Assembly: GCA_035084275.1 (NCBI GenBank)
Contig: CM068746.1
Span: 41,602,001-41,666,000, forward strand
DNA from: Hydrolagus colliei
Taxonomy: Eukaryota
DNA length: 64,000 nt
Direction of reading: 5' to 3'
The notes under the pieces are model-generated. The model did no database searches. It worked only from the letters and a program-made list of their open reading frames with translations, and was not told the origin of the DNA. Of the stretch, positions 56,401 to 64,000 are shown piece after piece. The stretch's first letter is position 1, and the number at the start of each line of letters is the position of its first letter. The position numbers and the translations under genes are program-made.

Positions 56401-57924
56401 AGGACACATTGTCACTATGGTAGGCTTTGCAAAATAAACCTCCACAATAGTAATTGGAAACTATTCAAGTTTTCGTGGAGAGCAAAGGTGCCAATGTGGA
56501 ACATTTTGTTCTGCTTTGGAGAGCTCTGAGACAGTAATTTATTGGGTAGCAATTCACCCTGTCAGTTTCAATCACTTGACATTTCAAACGGTTTGCGAAA
56601 TATACAGTCGCTACACTTTACAATAAAATCCTGTAAAGCACTTTTAAGTTGTCCTGCCAACGTTTAATCATATGCAGAGATTATTATTATTTCCGTTCAA
56701 TCAGTTTTGGTAACACAAGCAGTTTGAGGCGAGCAACAGTCAATGAGGATTTTCAAAAAGATTGTTCAAATCTGACGTATCCACTGAAAGGATCCAGAAC
56801 CAACACGTACAGATGAAGGCTGTCCAGCAAATGTAACTCACTAACTTTTCAGAAAGTGTTTGATAAAGTTCCAGATGTGAGAATTCAGCTTGGTGGGAAT
56901 GAAACATAGATTAAATACAGAAAACAATAGGAACCAAAAGCTGATGTCTTAACAGTTAGGAGTTGACCAACTGAATTCTAAAGTGACAACAGCAACAGCA
57001 ACAACAACAACATTACATTGATAGAGCGTCTTTAATGCTGGGAGGACGTCCCAAAACGCTCAATGGTTAGGTCGGGACCCGAGCGGGGGGGGTGAGGTGA
57101 CGTCCTAAATGCTGTTGCATTTTCCACCAAACGTACCTCAACCCACTGTGTTCTCCATCGGTGAGTTCATATAACAGAGAGTTGTGTTCAAACATGACTC
57201 CTGCTTTAGCCAACAAACAGATTGAATGATCCGAAGTCCTGCAACATGTTGTTAATTGTCTTGTTATGTGCAGCAAGATCCTAAAGCGTTCTCACTTATA
57301 AATGTTATTAAAATTGGGTCATTTCAATCCATGACTGTTTTTGTGGGGGACGCTGCTATGCGCAATCGGCTGCCGCGTTTCTCCCACAAATATACAGTCA
57401 ATTCACTTTATAGTACATTCTGTGAAGCGCTTTGAGACGTCTAGAAGACGTGAAAAGTGCTATAACAAATGCAAGGATTATTATTATTATTGTCACTATT
57501 ATGCAGCACTTCTTGGCTGTGTGGGATACTGTAAATTGGCTGCTGGTTTCACCTACAATTACACAGTCACGACACTTGTAACACTTGCTAATCAAACGTA
57601 AGGATTAATATTATTTCTTATTATAATCATACCATTATAAAATCTTGTCAGCTCCAGCAATGTTGTGCGATGTTTTAACTCCCACCCCAATAGGCAGTCG
57701 ATACCTTGGTTTACGTCTCATGTCTCAGCTCCACCCAATTCCTGACTCTGTGGAGCCCATTTCAAAATGGATCTCCTAGTCAGTGGTGTTGATGCCTTTC
57801 TCTTGTGTTTCAGCTTGACCACGCAATCCGACAGCGTCACCTGTCCAGTCTGGCGCTGTTCCTGTCCTGTGCCCAGAAGCAGTTATCCGGCCTAATGGAA
57901 GACCAGCTCGTCATAGACGAATGA
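2401..57924 (+). CDS. CCDC91: CCDC91 (coiled-coil domain-containing 91 / p56 GGA-binding partner), spliced CDS join(2401..2430,4292..4370,16007..16185,18011..18220,19343..19447,23048..23125,31797..31904,39897..39989,40153..40221,41587..41763,43722..43835,57814..57924), ~450 aa
   Basis: The exons join in frame from MDDDDFGGFEAAESF...SPAIPWAAF to ...LSSLALFLSCAQKQLSGLMEDQLVIDE*. This matches the human CCDC91 N- and C-termini as I recall them (MDDDDFGGFEAAETF; RSLSSLELFLSCAQKQLSAL). All acceptors are AG; 10 donors are GT and one is GC. Confidence 0.95.
3452..3729 (-). mobile_element. tRNA-derived SINE (long subfamily), internally deleted
   Basis: The reverse complement begins ggagtcccgtagcgtagtggttagc (A box) ... 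gggctcaattcccggg (B box); (TTA)n tail. Confidence 0.88.
4292..4370 (+). CDS. CCDC91: CCDC91 coding exon 2 (AAESFEDGEVGTHSISPAIPWAAFSA)
   Basis: ttttgttcag acceptor, G|gtatgt donor (phase 1), conserved SPAIPWAAF. Confidence 0.95.
4815..5103 (+). mobile_element. L2 LINE 3' end
   Basis: AFSHSVPTLWNFIP ORF2 end, then tail cagcgccttgggaagtcctcccaacgtgaaaggcgctatacaaatgtaattttgttgttg. Confidence 0.88.
5810..6160 (-). mobile_element. L2 LINE 3' fragment
   Basis: The minus frame reads SLPLFKSHLKIFLFKLAY; (caa)n tail. Confidence 0.8.
8495..8838 (+). mobile_element. tRNA-derived SINE (short subfamily)
   Basis: tagctcagtggttagagc A box, gggttcaatacc B box, cttgggcaagttt, L2-like tail. Confidence 0.9.
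9080..9440 (+). mobile_element. Older Deu-domain SINE (SacSINE1/AmnSINE1-like)
   Basis: ggatgagatgataaactgaggtcccgtctgcct...gatggatgttaaagatctcat...gctgtttgtgggacattgctgtgc matches the recalled Deu domain. Confidence 0.8.
10020..10540 (-). mobile_element. L2 LINE ORF2 3' fragment
   Basis: DYSNALLGLPSSTVQKIQLIQ, RINFKILTLMFKSIHSLAPPYL and FKSHLKTLLFDRA. Confidence 0.9.
12130..12425 (+). mobile_element. L2 LINE 3' fragment
   Basis: Homologous to the other L2 3' ends in this window (ccaccatcattggaggttgcgcattcag...ctctggaac). Confidence 0.75.
14070..14280 (+). mobile_element. Old CR1-clade LINE 3' fragment
   Basis: Translates to ...RSVIHVWNRLPGRKVEVRTLNTLKK, the CR1 ORF2 C-terminal signature. 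Confidence 0.7.
16007..16185 (+). CDS. CCDC91: CCDC91 coding exon 3 (VPGMQLTQSAPYDILVDQ...EEQTTLTAQ)
   Basis: aaatag acceptor with phase-1 entry matching exon 2, CAG|gtacag donor, weak similarity to human VSGVHLSPSSPEIVLD. Confidence 0.85.
18011..18220 (+). CDS. CCDC91: CCDC91 coding exon 4 (NQLKPRS...LSAAEEEKLEIKK)
   Basis: tttgcag acceptor. The end resembles human SEEEKQRIKQ. Requires the GC donor AAG|gcttgt. Confidence 0.8.
18471..18702 (-). mobile_element. tRNA-derived SINE, partial
   Basis: Same family body and (TTA)n tail. Confidence 0.85.
19343..19447 (+). CDS. CCDC91: CCDC91 coding exon 5 (DLAELPEKHSKLQEGFLQEK...YSQLQ)
   Basis: ctgtag acceptor, CAG|gtaatg donor, 35 aa colinear with human DVESLMEKHNVLEKGFLKEK...YKELQ. 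Confidence 0.93.
20447..20719 (-). mobile_element. tRNA-derived SINE (long subfamily), head missing
   Basis: Family body with the ggttcctacttactactaggtaa segment. Confidence 0.85.
21900..22200 (+). mobile_element. Old CR1 3' fragment
   Basis: GYQFRIVCKEANRKIRKNFF-like degenerate ORF2 end, plus remnants of the CR1 3' UTR. Confidence 0.6.
22540..22880 (+). mobile_element. L2 LINE 3' fragment
   Basis: cactggattcccatc...ttcagccattctgcccccaccctctggaactc, the L2 ORF2 end. Confidence 0.75.
23048..23125 (+). CDS. CCDC91: CCDC91 coding exon 6 (DKHKQELEDLRKDGQIALSIIVEEFK)
   Basis: cttgcag acceptor, AAG|gtttgt donor, matches human EKHKQELEDMRKAGHEALSIIVDEYK. Confidence 0.95.
24576..24869 (+). mobile_element. 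tRNA-derived SINE
   Basis: gagtcctgtagctcagtgattagagcac head, family body and tail. Confidence 0.88.
25133..25140. promoter_or_regulatory. Perfect CRE palindrome TGACGTCA in a repeat-free intronic block
   Basis: Exact motif with the CpG retained; a near copy GGACGTCA lies at ~25087. Confidence 0.3.
25720..26185 (+). mobile_element. L2 LINE ORF2 3' fragment
   Basis: [50 protein letters not shown]. Confidence 0.92.
26218..27244 (-). mobile_element. Young 5'-truncated CR1 LINE with open ORF2 C-terminus (26300..27238, 312 aa, RT domain)
   Basis: GVPQGSVLGPLLF, FADDTKL, LVRPQLEYCVQFWSP and FFTQRVVRIWNALP are CR1-type motifs. The 3' UTR hairpin and octamer tail (agattcat)n are present. Confidence 0.96.
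27385..27765 (+). mobile_element. L2 LINE 3' end
   Basis: SGRAFNISAPTLWNSIL...FKVCLKTFLLD plus the L2 tail. Confidence 0.85.
30134..30458 (-). mobile_element. Near full-length tRNA-derived SINE (short subfamily); a partial second copy lies at ~29968-30100
   Basis: A box, B box (gtgttcgaatcc), ccttgggcaagtt segment, Deu-like 3' part and tail. Confidence 0.92.
31797..31904 (+). CDS. CCDC91: CCDC91 coding exon 7 (ALMKATVLEQQ...SAIEKQARECEVLLNGQ)
   Basis: Pyrimidine tract plus caag acceptor, CAG|gtacac donor, SAIEKQA conserved. Confidence 0.94.
31945..32305 (+). mobile_element. Older Deu-domain SINE
   Basis: agttcaagccccac...ggctgacactc...gatgagatgtaaaatcgagatcccgtctgc...gctgtttgtgggacattgctg. 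Confidence 0.78.
32495..32700 (-). mobile_element. CR1 3' end fragment
   Basis: cagcacagaaggaggccattcggcccatcgtgcctgtgccagctctttgaaaagag matches the 3' end of the young CR1. Confidence 0.8.
32840..33830 (+). mobile_element. Internally deleted L2 LINE (ORF2 linker region and 3' end)
   Basis: WYSSHLRSLKSQTRLLERRWQKTRL...AKTAHYSSIILEAKNNSKILFST resembles the L2 ORF2 linker; LLKTFFFDRAY and the tail follow. Confidence 0.8.
33830..34090 (-). mobile_element. Old CR1-clade fragment
   Basis: The minus frame reads NNWNKLTRRVVNVRTLESLKRLLE. Confidence 0.65.
34354..34653 (-). mobile_element. Near full-length tRNA-derived SINE nested in an older Deu-domain SINE (~34200-34690, +)
   Basis: Complete head-to-tail copy whose flanks join into a Deu-domain sequence. 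Confidence 0.9.
34800..35230 (-). mobile_element. Old CR1 fragments
   Basis: The minus frame reads KLFPFVVESK...RNFFMQ...AVEAESINVFKRK. Confidence 0.7.
36377..37135 (+). mobile_element. tRNA-derived SINE (long subfamily) split by an L2 insertion
   Basis: Head 36377-36465 ends at ggcgaaacctt; the body resumes with gggcaagtttcctt at 36857. Confidence 0.9.
36466..36856 (-). mobile_element. Young L2 3' end inserted inside a SINE
   Basis: (caa)n tail, intact stem-loop agcgcctttcacgtcgggaggacgtcccaaggcgct, CpG-rich. Confidence 0.92.
39090..39409 (-). mobile_element. tRNA-derived SINE (short subfamily)
   Basis: Full head-to-tail copy. Confidence 0.9.
39531..39860 (+). mobile_element. tRNA-derived SINE (long subfamily), ending ~35 nt before coding exon 8
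   Basis: Head, ctctgtttacctagcagtaagcaggaacc segment and tail. Confidence 0.88.
39897..39989 (+). CDS. CCDC91: CCDC91 coding exon 8 (HQRLLDMLDEEK...EQTKQHK)
   Basis: ttccag acceptor, AAG|gtatgc donor, matches human HQRLLEMLDTEK. Confidence 0.95.
40153..40221 (+). CDS. CCDC91: CCDC91 coding exon 9 (EILEKGLAEERQRSKETVEATIK)
   Basis: tttacag acceptor, AAG|gtattt donor, matches human EILEKCLEEERQRNKE. Confidence 0.95.
40807..41102 (-). mobile_element. tRNA-derived SINE (long subfamily)
   Basis: Family head and body, degenerate. Confidence 0.82.
41587..41763 (+). CDS. CCDC91: CCDC91 coding exon 10 (EEKEIITEAVLKAVQEER...EERSQSQ)
   Basis: acttag acceptor, CAG|gtaagc donor, AVLK..EER, RELW and KDQEK conserved. 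Confidence 0.95.
41800..42120 (+). mobile_element. Old CR1 3' fragment
   Basis: Degenerate ORF2 end and 3' UTR (gggtatgggagaacacggggaaaaagcagggaatgagg). Confidence 0.55.
42925..43150 (+). mobile_element. L2 3' end
   Basis: ctctggaactccatccct...ttcaaaaccccattttaagacccatctcttgactg plus a degenerate tail. Confidence 0.7.
43150..43240. repeat. Probable Penelope-like element terminal fragment
   Basis: aaaacagaaattgctgggaagacttagcaggttaggcagcatct...acatttcggggctacgacccttcatc resembles a common chondrichthyan Penelope-derived terminus (from memory, unverified). Confidence 0.5.
43238..43590 (-). mobile_element. Young CR1 3' end, same subfamily as 26218-27244
   Basis: About 97% identical over ~315 nt by manual comparison; tail (atagaatc)x4-5. 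Confidence 0.95.
43722..43835 (+). CDS. CCDC91: CCDC91 coding exon 11 (EATREAIRQERR...LLEYTKEQKR)
   Basis: ccccgttag acceptor, AGA|gtaagt donor, matches human RDELIEYIKEQKR. Confidence 0.95.
46447..46654. mobile_element. Tc1/mariner (Tigger/pogo-like) MITE, 208 bp
   Basis: 27-bp TIRs CAGTAAAGGCCTGTTTATCCAGCACCC / GGGTACCGGACACACGGGCTTTAACTG (20/27 match), with TA on both sides. Confidence 0.85.
47174..47529 (+). mobile_element. tRNA-derived SINE (short subfamily) with two small internal tandem duplications
   Basis: Closely similar to the reverse complement of 30134-30458; duplications of ctgggagacc and ggtcagagtga. Confidence 0.92.
47730..48075 (-). mobile_element. Internally deleted L2 (RT fragment plus tail)
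   Basis: YGVPRGSVLGTLLFNLLYTLPLGDII...DIKSWMRVNFVQLNASKTEALLIG, followed by the L2 tail. Confidence 0.88.
48652..49047. mobile_element. hAT (Charlie-like) MITE, ~396 bp
   Basis: TIRs CAGTGCTTTCCAATCT / AGTTTGGAAGCCACCG and an 8-bp TSD GGTTAATG / AGTTAATG (1 mismatch). Confidence 0.82.
49559..49704. mobile_element. Partial second copy of the same Tigger-like MITE, in opposite orientation
   Basis: TA|CAGTAAAAGCCCATTTATCTGGCACCC...ggatattcggccgaaaacgc...ttccggataaattccggttaatc is the reverse complement of the right part of 46447-46654. Confidence 0.85.
52961..53332 (-). mobile_element. tRNA-derived SINE (long subfamily)
   Basis: Full head-to-tail copy. Confidence 0.88.
54110..54535 (-). mobile_element. 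Older Deu-domain SINE; other degenerate copies at ~12650-12870, 20745-20950, 25455-25660, 42150-42480 and 50370-50735
   Basis: The reverse complement has a tRNA-like head (gagtcagaaggttgtaggttcaaatc) and the Deu domain. Confidence 0.75.
55960..56370 (+). mobile_element. L2 tail followed by a second L2 3' fragment
   Basis: cttgggacgtcctcccaacgtgaaaggcactctataaatgtaattttgttgttg, then ttctgcccccgctctctggaactccatcct. Confidence 0.75.
57310..57490 (+). mobile_element. SINE 3' half, young
   Basis: Near-consensus body and tail gtgaagcgctttgagacgtctagaagacgtgaaaagtgctat...ggattattattatt. Confidence 0.88.
57814..57924 (+). CDS. CCDC91: CCDC91 coding exon 12, last (LDHAIRQRHLSSLALFLSCAQKQLSGLMEDQLVIDE*)
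   Basis: tttctcttgtgtttcag acceptor, TGA stop at 57922-57924. Confidence 0.96.
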   Translation, partial: LDHAIRQRHLSSLALFLSCAQKQLSGLMEDQLVIDE

Positions 57925-58975
57925 GAGGATAAATGTACATGTTTTTAAACGAATGATGAAAAAGGAGCAGCGGCTGCAGAAATGGAGAATAAGGAACAAT
58001 GTCCATTTTAATGTTTATGTACATTTGAAAACATGCTTCATATATGCTGGAAAAAATTATGTTAAAGGAAGAAAAGCAGCAATAATAACACTAGCCTTCT
58101 AGCCTTGGGAACTTTATATGTAGACAGGCAGTTCTACACTAACATACAAAATGTTTTTGAACTCTGCCTTTACAAACATGAGATCTTTAAACTCCACCTA
58201 TTATCAAATGAAGATTACATGAACCCCCCCACCCACCCACTGTTCTGGTATTTATGCCATTATTCACGTCAAAGTGTAGCCAGATCTCAAACGTGTCATG
58301 GAAAAGAAGAGTCTTATCAGTCTATTGTGGCAGGCAAAGCTTACTATTTGTTCTGGAAAATATGTCCCATGTTACCAGCATACCTGAGGGATTAAGGGAC
58401 AGTTGTTACTGGTCTCTTTAGTGTATCCTAGTGTTGTACATGCCCAGTTAAAAGTGTGTTTCATACTTTGGTTATTGATTTGCACCCATGTGGAATCCAT
58501 CGTGGCAGTTCAGTGTATTTGTGAGTTCACTTCAGACTCTTTAAAAACGATGACCGCCGCAAGATTGTTCCAAACTGGAGGAGGAAGGCACACCAGTGAT
58601 TAGTTTTAAAGATAGGGAAAGTCATTACTTACTGCTTCAAATAGGTATCCTCTCTCTATCGGTGTCGGGGAACTTTTTCTTTTTGCAAATTTGCAGCGTA
58701 ACATAGTTTACATTGTAAAAATTCCTTGTGCCTGACATTGTTCTGATGTTCCAAAAGCGAGTGTGTGATGCTGAGTTGTTCTCGGCTCAATCCACCCCTG
58801 AAATGGTGACTTCACATTTAAAATGTGATTAATTCTAATACACGATCTATTTTTCAAACTGTATTTTAGCCGTATCTGAATTGAATATGTTTTTTCCCCG
58901 AGCATTATGTTATTTTTTGTGGGAAACTGGGTTTAAATTGCTTTTGATTAACCGACGATTGATTTTCATTATCAA

Positions 58976-58981
58976 AATAAA
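58976..58981 (+). promoter_or_regulatory. Candidate polyadenylation signal AATAAA for CCDC91 (3' UTR ~1.05 kb)
   Basis: AATAAA about 1.05 kb after the stop codon, followed by T/GT-rich sequence (ttgtgttgttgtgt ~59030). Confidence 0.5.
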
Positions 58982-59461
58982 ACAAATTATTTTGATTTCA
59001 ACGCTAAAATTAAAGAATTTTTGCACAGATTGTGTTGTTGTGTACGGAGAATGACCACACCAGTGGAACTCAGTAGTTCATTCTTACTGGGGATAAGTCT
59101 CCGTTTGGATGCCAAATTTACATAAAGTGCAATATTGCCTGAAGTTTTCTTACAAAAATCCCTTTGGAAAGTATTATTTGCCAAATATTGTCAGTTATTC
59201 GATCATGCCACAACATGCAATCCAATTGACGTAACTTTTTACCGTATTAACACACCTACCAGATGATTCATTATGGAGACGTAGATTGCACATTTTCACA
59301 ACGAAAAAATGTCCGAAGCTTTCCTAACCGTTGTGAAGCGTGTGAGCGTTTATTATGCAAATGGGTTTTTTGCGCCCAAGACACAAAATCGTATCAGTGC
59401 TTTCTCATCATGTCTGAACCTCTCGTCCAGGAGTTTATTTTCACCACATTTACGGGCATAA

Positions 59462-59849
59462 TGGAGTCCTGTAGCTTAGTGGTTAGAGCACTAGCCTCAC
59501 AAGTGCTCAAGCGGACCTGGGTTTGATTCCCGTGCAGGGGAGACATGTTTGGCAAGTTTCCTTGCGACAGACGCCTCTGTGTACCTAGCAGTGAGTAGGA
59601 ACCTGGTTGTTAGCCGATTGGTGGAATGCTTTTCTGGGCATAATTCCTTCAAAAATAAATAAAATTTAATTTAATTGGTCACTCATGCCACGTCTGTTTG
59701 TAGGACTCTGCCGTGCGCAATTGGCTGCTGCGTTTCTCCCACAAAATATATAGTCAATTGACTTTACAGTATATCCTGCGAAGCATTTTGAGACCACTTG
59801 AAGACGTGTTAAGGGCCACATTCAAAGATTTTTATTAGTATTATTATTT
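59462..59849 (+). mobile_element. tRNA-derived SINE (long subfamily)
   Basis: tggagtcctgtagcttagtggttagagcac head, family body and tail. Confidence 0.9.
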
Positions 59850-62800
59850 ATAATGCCAGTTTCCATAAAGCGAAATCCACAACTTTCCTCAAATAGACTG
59901 TCAGGAGCCGTGTTCCCTGGGGCACCTTTCAGGAGGACAAGTTTATATTCTTTACCGCTCTTTTCCGTTAGACCTTTGGAGATATCCATGAGATCCCAGC
60001 TGTTGCGCCTTTGCAACCATTCACCAACAGGTGAGACGATCTTGCTTCAAAGGAGGACAGTAATCACCCCTCTTTTAGTTAATCCTTTTTTTTAAAAAAA
60101 TCTAAATACTCCTCGACATATAGATGTGGACCTTCTTTCCTTGTTTTAGTTGTTTCGACGCAATTTCTTTTCGCTGGCAATGACCCGGTTGAGTGTGACA
60201 ATTGTGGCCGACAAAGTTCTGAAGTGGCAGGCGGCAGGTGGAACCTGTGTGTGCAGGTTTTCAGGAAACGAAATCGAACGTTTGAGGTTCCCATGAGGAA
60301 ATCTTTTTTGTGTGTGATCAGTTTGTGGCTCTGCTTCTCGCGCAAACCTGGCTCCGCGGTCTCCCTCGTGTGGAGGCAAACTGGATAAACGCAGGGCGAG
60401 AATTGGGAAGAAAGTCAATGAGCCAACAAACAGGTGAGGAAATCAAATAGGAGAGAATAACATGGAGACAGAAAGGAGAAAAAGCACCATCAACAACAAC
60501 AAGACTGCTGAAGAGAACTGGGCAAGGGAACGGTAAATACTAGACGCATTTGTAAGGGTCAGTGTATACACAGAATAATGATCGCTGCCATATTTGCTTA
60601 TCGTTACACTGCACATTCAATCCTGTTAAGTGCTGAGACTTTTCGATGCCACAGTAAGGCACTGGTACCCAACAAAAGATTCATTTCAAGTGTCTTTTCA
60701 TGCAAATGTTCCTGGAAAATTTAAATTTGTTCTTTGGTCTGTATTTCAAATGATAATTTGTAACTTTTGATATAAAAATCAACCAAAAAGTTAGCCGTTT
60801 GATCTCACTGGCCTCGTGTGGGGAATTTGGAAGTCGGGATCACCAGTGATAACGTTTGACTGCTTTTGCTGCTCATATGTTTGAGGTGACAATTGCCACT
60901 GGCGATGATATCAGGGCCTGTGTTTTGACCAACAATTTGTAAACTGAGGAAAAAACTCCAATTTGAATTTCAGGGACGATAGTACGGATAATTCCGCTGT
61001 GTTTTATTTACCTTGTGTGTCTGTAACCTTCAAAATAGGCACTTTGTTTTGGTCCGTCTGTCAAGTGGTTTTATTCCTGTTCTCCACAATCTGGTGGAGC
61101 TGACTCATTCGCGGCTGGAATTGGAAATTCACGCAATGCATAACTTCAGCTATTCGTCAAAGGATCTAGTCAATTGCAACCTTGTAATGCGTGCCACTCC
61201 TTCCTGTTCCAGTCCAGAAACTGGAGAGGATTGACATCTCCACAGGGCTGCAGCAAGCCAAGAAACAGCTCATCCCAATTCTGAATTGGTTTTGTACAAA
61301 GAATGGCAGGAGGGAGTGGAGGGGGAGGGGGTGGGGGGAGATATTATGTGGGAGTTTGCGTGTTTGTTTAAGAAAGCAGAAGACTGGCAAGTGTAACCTG
61401 CCAGCAAGCAGACCCCCCGACTGGGAAGTTCAGCTTTGCAGCACATTGTCTAGAACAAACATCACCCACCATGTTCAGCTATTTTTAGAAACCAACTGAG
61501 AACTATTCATTCTTCGAATTGTTTAAATTTCCTGTTCCAGTGCCCACCAGACGTTGAGCAGGAGGTGAAAGAGTAAAATGCCGTAACCTAGACCCAAGTA
61601 TGTAAGTGTGGAGCTGGTGAAAGGGTTCTCCTCTTGTGTCAACAGTTGTATTCCAAGCAGTTCTGAGTTGTTTGGTCGATCGTGGCACACTTCGCTTGGG
61701 CTGAGGAATCCCAATGATTTCTGAGGACCATTTGGGAAAATGCCACCGCAGGCTTCCTGGTCGGTTTTCCCGGATAAATCATATCATCCGCCCGCCCGCC
61801 CGCTCGCTCCACATTGTTGCCAAAGCCCGGTGTGAAGTTTAGAACCCGAGACTGAATGGGTTATTTTCAAATTGTCTGGTTCTGAGCCATGTTGTAACCC
61901 CCTAATTATTCTATCGCCCCCCCCCTCCACCCTCCCCCACCAACCCTGATAAAAAAAAATGCTCGTGTATCTGTGCCAGAGAATGCCAAATAGGAGAGAA
62001 GCAGTGCCGGAGATATTCAAGAAATTGATGGAAAGTTGCTATATTAAAAAACAGAAGTTATTTGCAACAGAATTTAAAGTAGGTTTTTTTTAAAAATCCA
62101 ATCGAGTTCAATCACATGGAAAGTATAGACGATCAGAACTCTGACATTGGTGTCGGGGTGTGCAGCAGGAAGGAGGTGTCATCGGAGGGTCGAGGGACCA
62201 CAAAACAACAGGGCTGTTCTGACGGGAGGCAAACTGTTCTTTTACCATTTGAACTGTTATCTCGCCGTGTGTGTCCTGCTTTCTTGGTTTAATCTGAAAA
62301 ACAGTTTCTTCTGTTTCTGTCGATAGGAACTTTATTCTTGTGATTTATTATTGGAAACACCTGAAGGAGAATCGTCTCCCGGGCAGATGGCAGAACCGGA
62401 GCTTGCTGGTCTAAATCACAGTCCTGCTGTGTGTGCTGGTCTCAGCCAGAGGCAGGGAAATTGACACCAACATTAACAAGGTGAGGGAGGTTAGATCCCT
62501 CTACTGGTGTTGGGTGAGGAGAGGGTCGGGTTCGCCCGTGTCACCCTCGATAGTTGTGTGACTTGCGGACTATCGACAAAGCCCCACGGACCACATCCCA
62601 GCAGGGTGTCTGTGGGACCTGGGGCCTGCGATTGGCACATATACAATCAATTCGCTTTAAAGTACTTTCCGTGAAGTATTTTTAAGACGTCTCAACAAAC
62701 GTGATCAGGCGCTATTTCAAATGCCAGGGGTCATCATTATTATGATATCTGATATGATCACGTGAACTGAATCCGGCTGAAACCTCCGGCTTCTACGTTA

Positions 62801-62939
62801 ATCCAAAGTGGGTGTAGAACAGCTTGATGGAGAGTGCGCTCTGGTCAACGCAACTCTCCCTGTTACGGCTGCTACCGTAAACATCCACCGTTACAGGTTT
62901 GGAAGACTAGGGTGCGCACTCCAAGCTGTAAAACATATT

Positions 62940-63176
62940 GCTCCTTTGACCTCTCCTCCTTTCCCTCCTTCAAGGCCGGTCTCAAGACCTTCCTCTTCGA
63001 CCGTGCCTTTGGCTCCCCTCCTAAATCTTCCACCTCTCCTACTCTCCTTCCCCTTCCCCCTATCCCGACCCTCCCACCCCACCCTCCCGCTCAGGTCCCA
63101 ACCTATCTGTTCAGTGCCTTGGGACGTCCTCCCGACGTGAAAGGCGCTCCATAAATGTCATTTTATTGTTGTTGTT
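62940..63176 (+). mobile_element. Young L2 3' end
   Basis: SFKAGLKTFLFDRAFG plus the canonical tail gggacgtcctcccgacgtgaaaggcgct...gttgttgtt. Confidence 0.9.
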
Positions 63177-63381
63177 AAAACTGAAGAAATGTACGGCACG
63201 AGAAGAAGCCATTCAGCCCGTCGTCGTCTTCCAAAGTCTACAGCAGCAGAGATCGCTCGTTGGTAGTTTTGTCCATAACTTTGCAGGAATTAAACCCTAA
63301 AATAAAATTAATGATAAAATATGGATTGAAGAGCAGTAAGACATTGGCTGCTCACTGACCCTGGGATGCGATATGTACAAG

Positions 63382-63395
63382 GCGCCCTCCAGTGG
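63382..63395 (-). promoter_or_regulatory. Candidate CTCF core site
   Basis: The minus strand reads CCACTGGAGGGCGC versus the consensus CCASYAGRKGGCGC. Confidence 0.5.
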
Positions 63396-64000
63396 AGAAG
63401 TTGTGATATTAAATACTGTGCATTTGTAGAATACAGTACTGTATTGGATTAGAAATTAAATGAAATTAATTAAATGAATGAAATTAAAATGTTGCTGCAT
63501 ATTTAACATTTATATCCTTCGCGTTTTATTTATTGACGATTCCCTAGCACCTGGCAACATGTATTTATTCTGAATGAAAGCTCCTTTTGCTCACGGGAGG
63601 GGGGTGTGAAGGCAGTGGGGAAGGTGGACGGAGGGCTGGATTAATAGTAGAAAAGAGGAGTCTGGGACTGTCCTTAGCTACCAAGACGATTTGGTAATCA
63701 GAGCATGAGATGGCTGAGTGAGGGCGGAGCAGTAGGGTTGTGAGGTAATCCTATCAAACCCGATGCACCGTTTAAAATTAGATTTGATCAGATGTGTTTG
63801 GAGATGCGCCTGAGATTTGAGTCAGCAGAAGTGTCTGGAGTACCTGGAGGCTGAGCAGGAAATGATGGCAACAAGAGTGTTGATTTTGGTTAGGAGAGTG
63901 TCGGAGGAGAGTATGGTCACCATGCATTTATATAGTGCCTTTCACAACAGGAGCATGTCTGGTGCGACGTGTGAAGAGCTTTGCGATGTCCTGCTGACAT

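Noticed and set aside
2836-63154. The many 60-130 aa ORFs in the track
   Set aside because: They are TE-derived, antisense shadows of exons, or chance ORFs with near-cognate starts. None shows a recognisable non-TE domain apart from those overlapping CCDC91 exons.

Overview
Eukaryotic (vertebrate) genomic DNA. It is most likely from a cartilaginous fish, inferred from the repeat content (Deu-domain SINEs, CR1 with octamer tails, abundant L2). The window holds the complete coding region of a CCDC91 orthologue (p56, GGA/AP-1 accessory coiled-coil protein) on the + strand: 12 coding exons, 2401..57924, about 450 aa, reconstructed by hand from splice sites and recalled similarity to human CCDC91. 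The introns are filled with tRNA-derived SINEs, L2 and CR1 LINE fragments (one young CR1 has an open 312-aa RT-region ORF) and two kinds of DNA-transposon MITE. The first ~2.2 kb is a G-rich minisatellite in the presumed 5'-UTR intron. There are no prokaryotic features or CRISPR arrays, and nearly all listed ORFs are spurious or repeat-derived. I found no clearly new biological system. The best leads are: the minisatellite unit (G-tracts plus a CAG-GTAA-CTG mini-hairpin that is also a 5' splice-site mimic); a weak GC donor required by the reading frame; inverted SINEs around phase-0 exons that could give a stop-less circRNA; a chimeric SINE family; and a perfect 25-bp hairpin inside a hAT MITE. 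Repeat boundaries are approximate. No database search was run.
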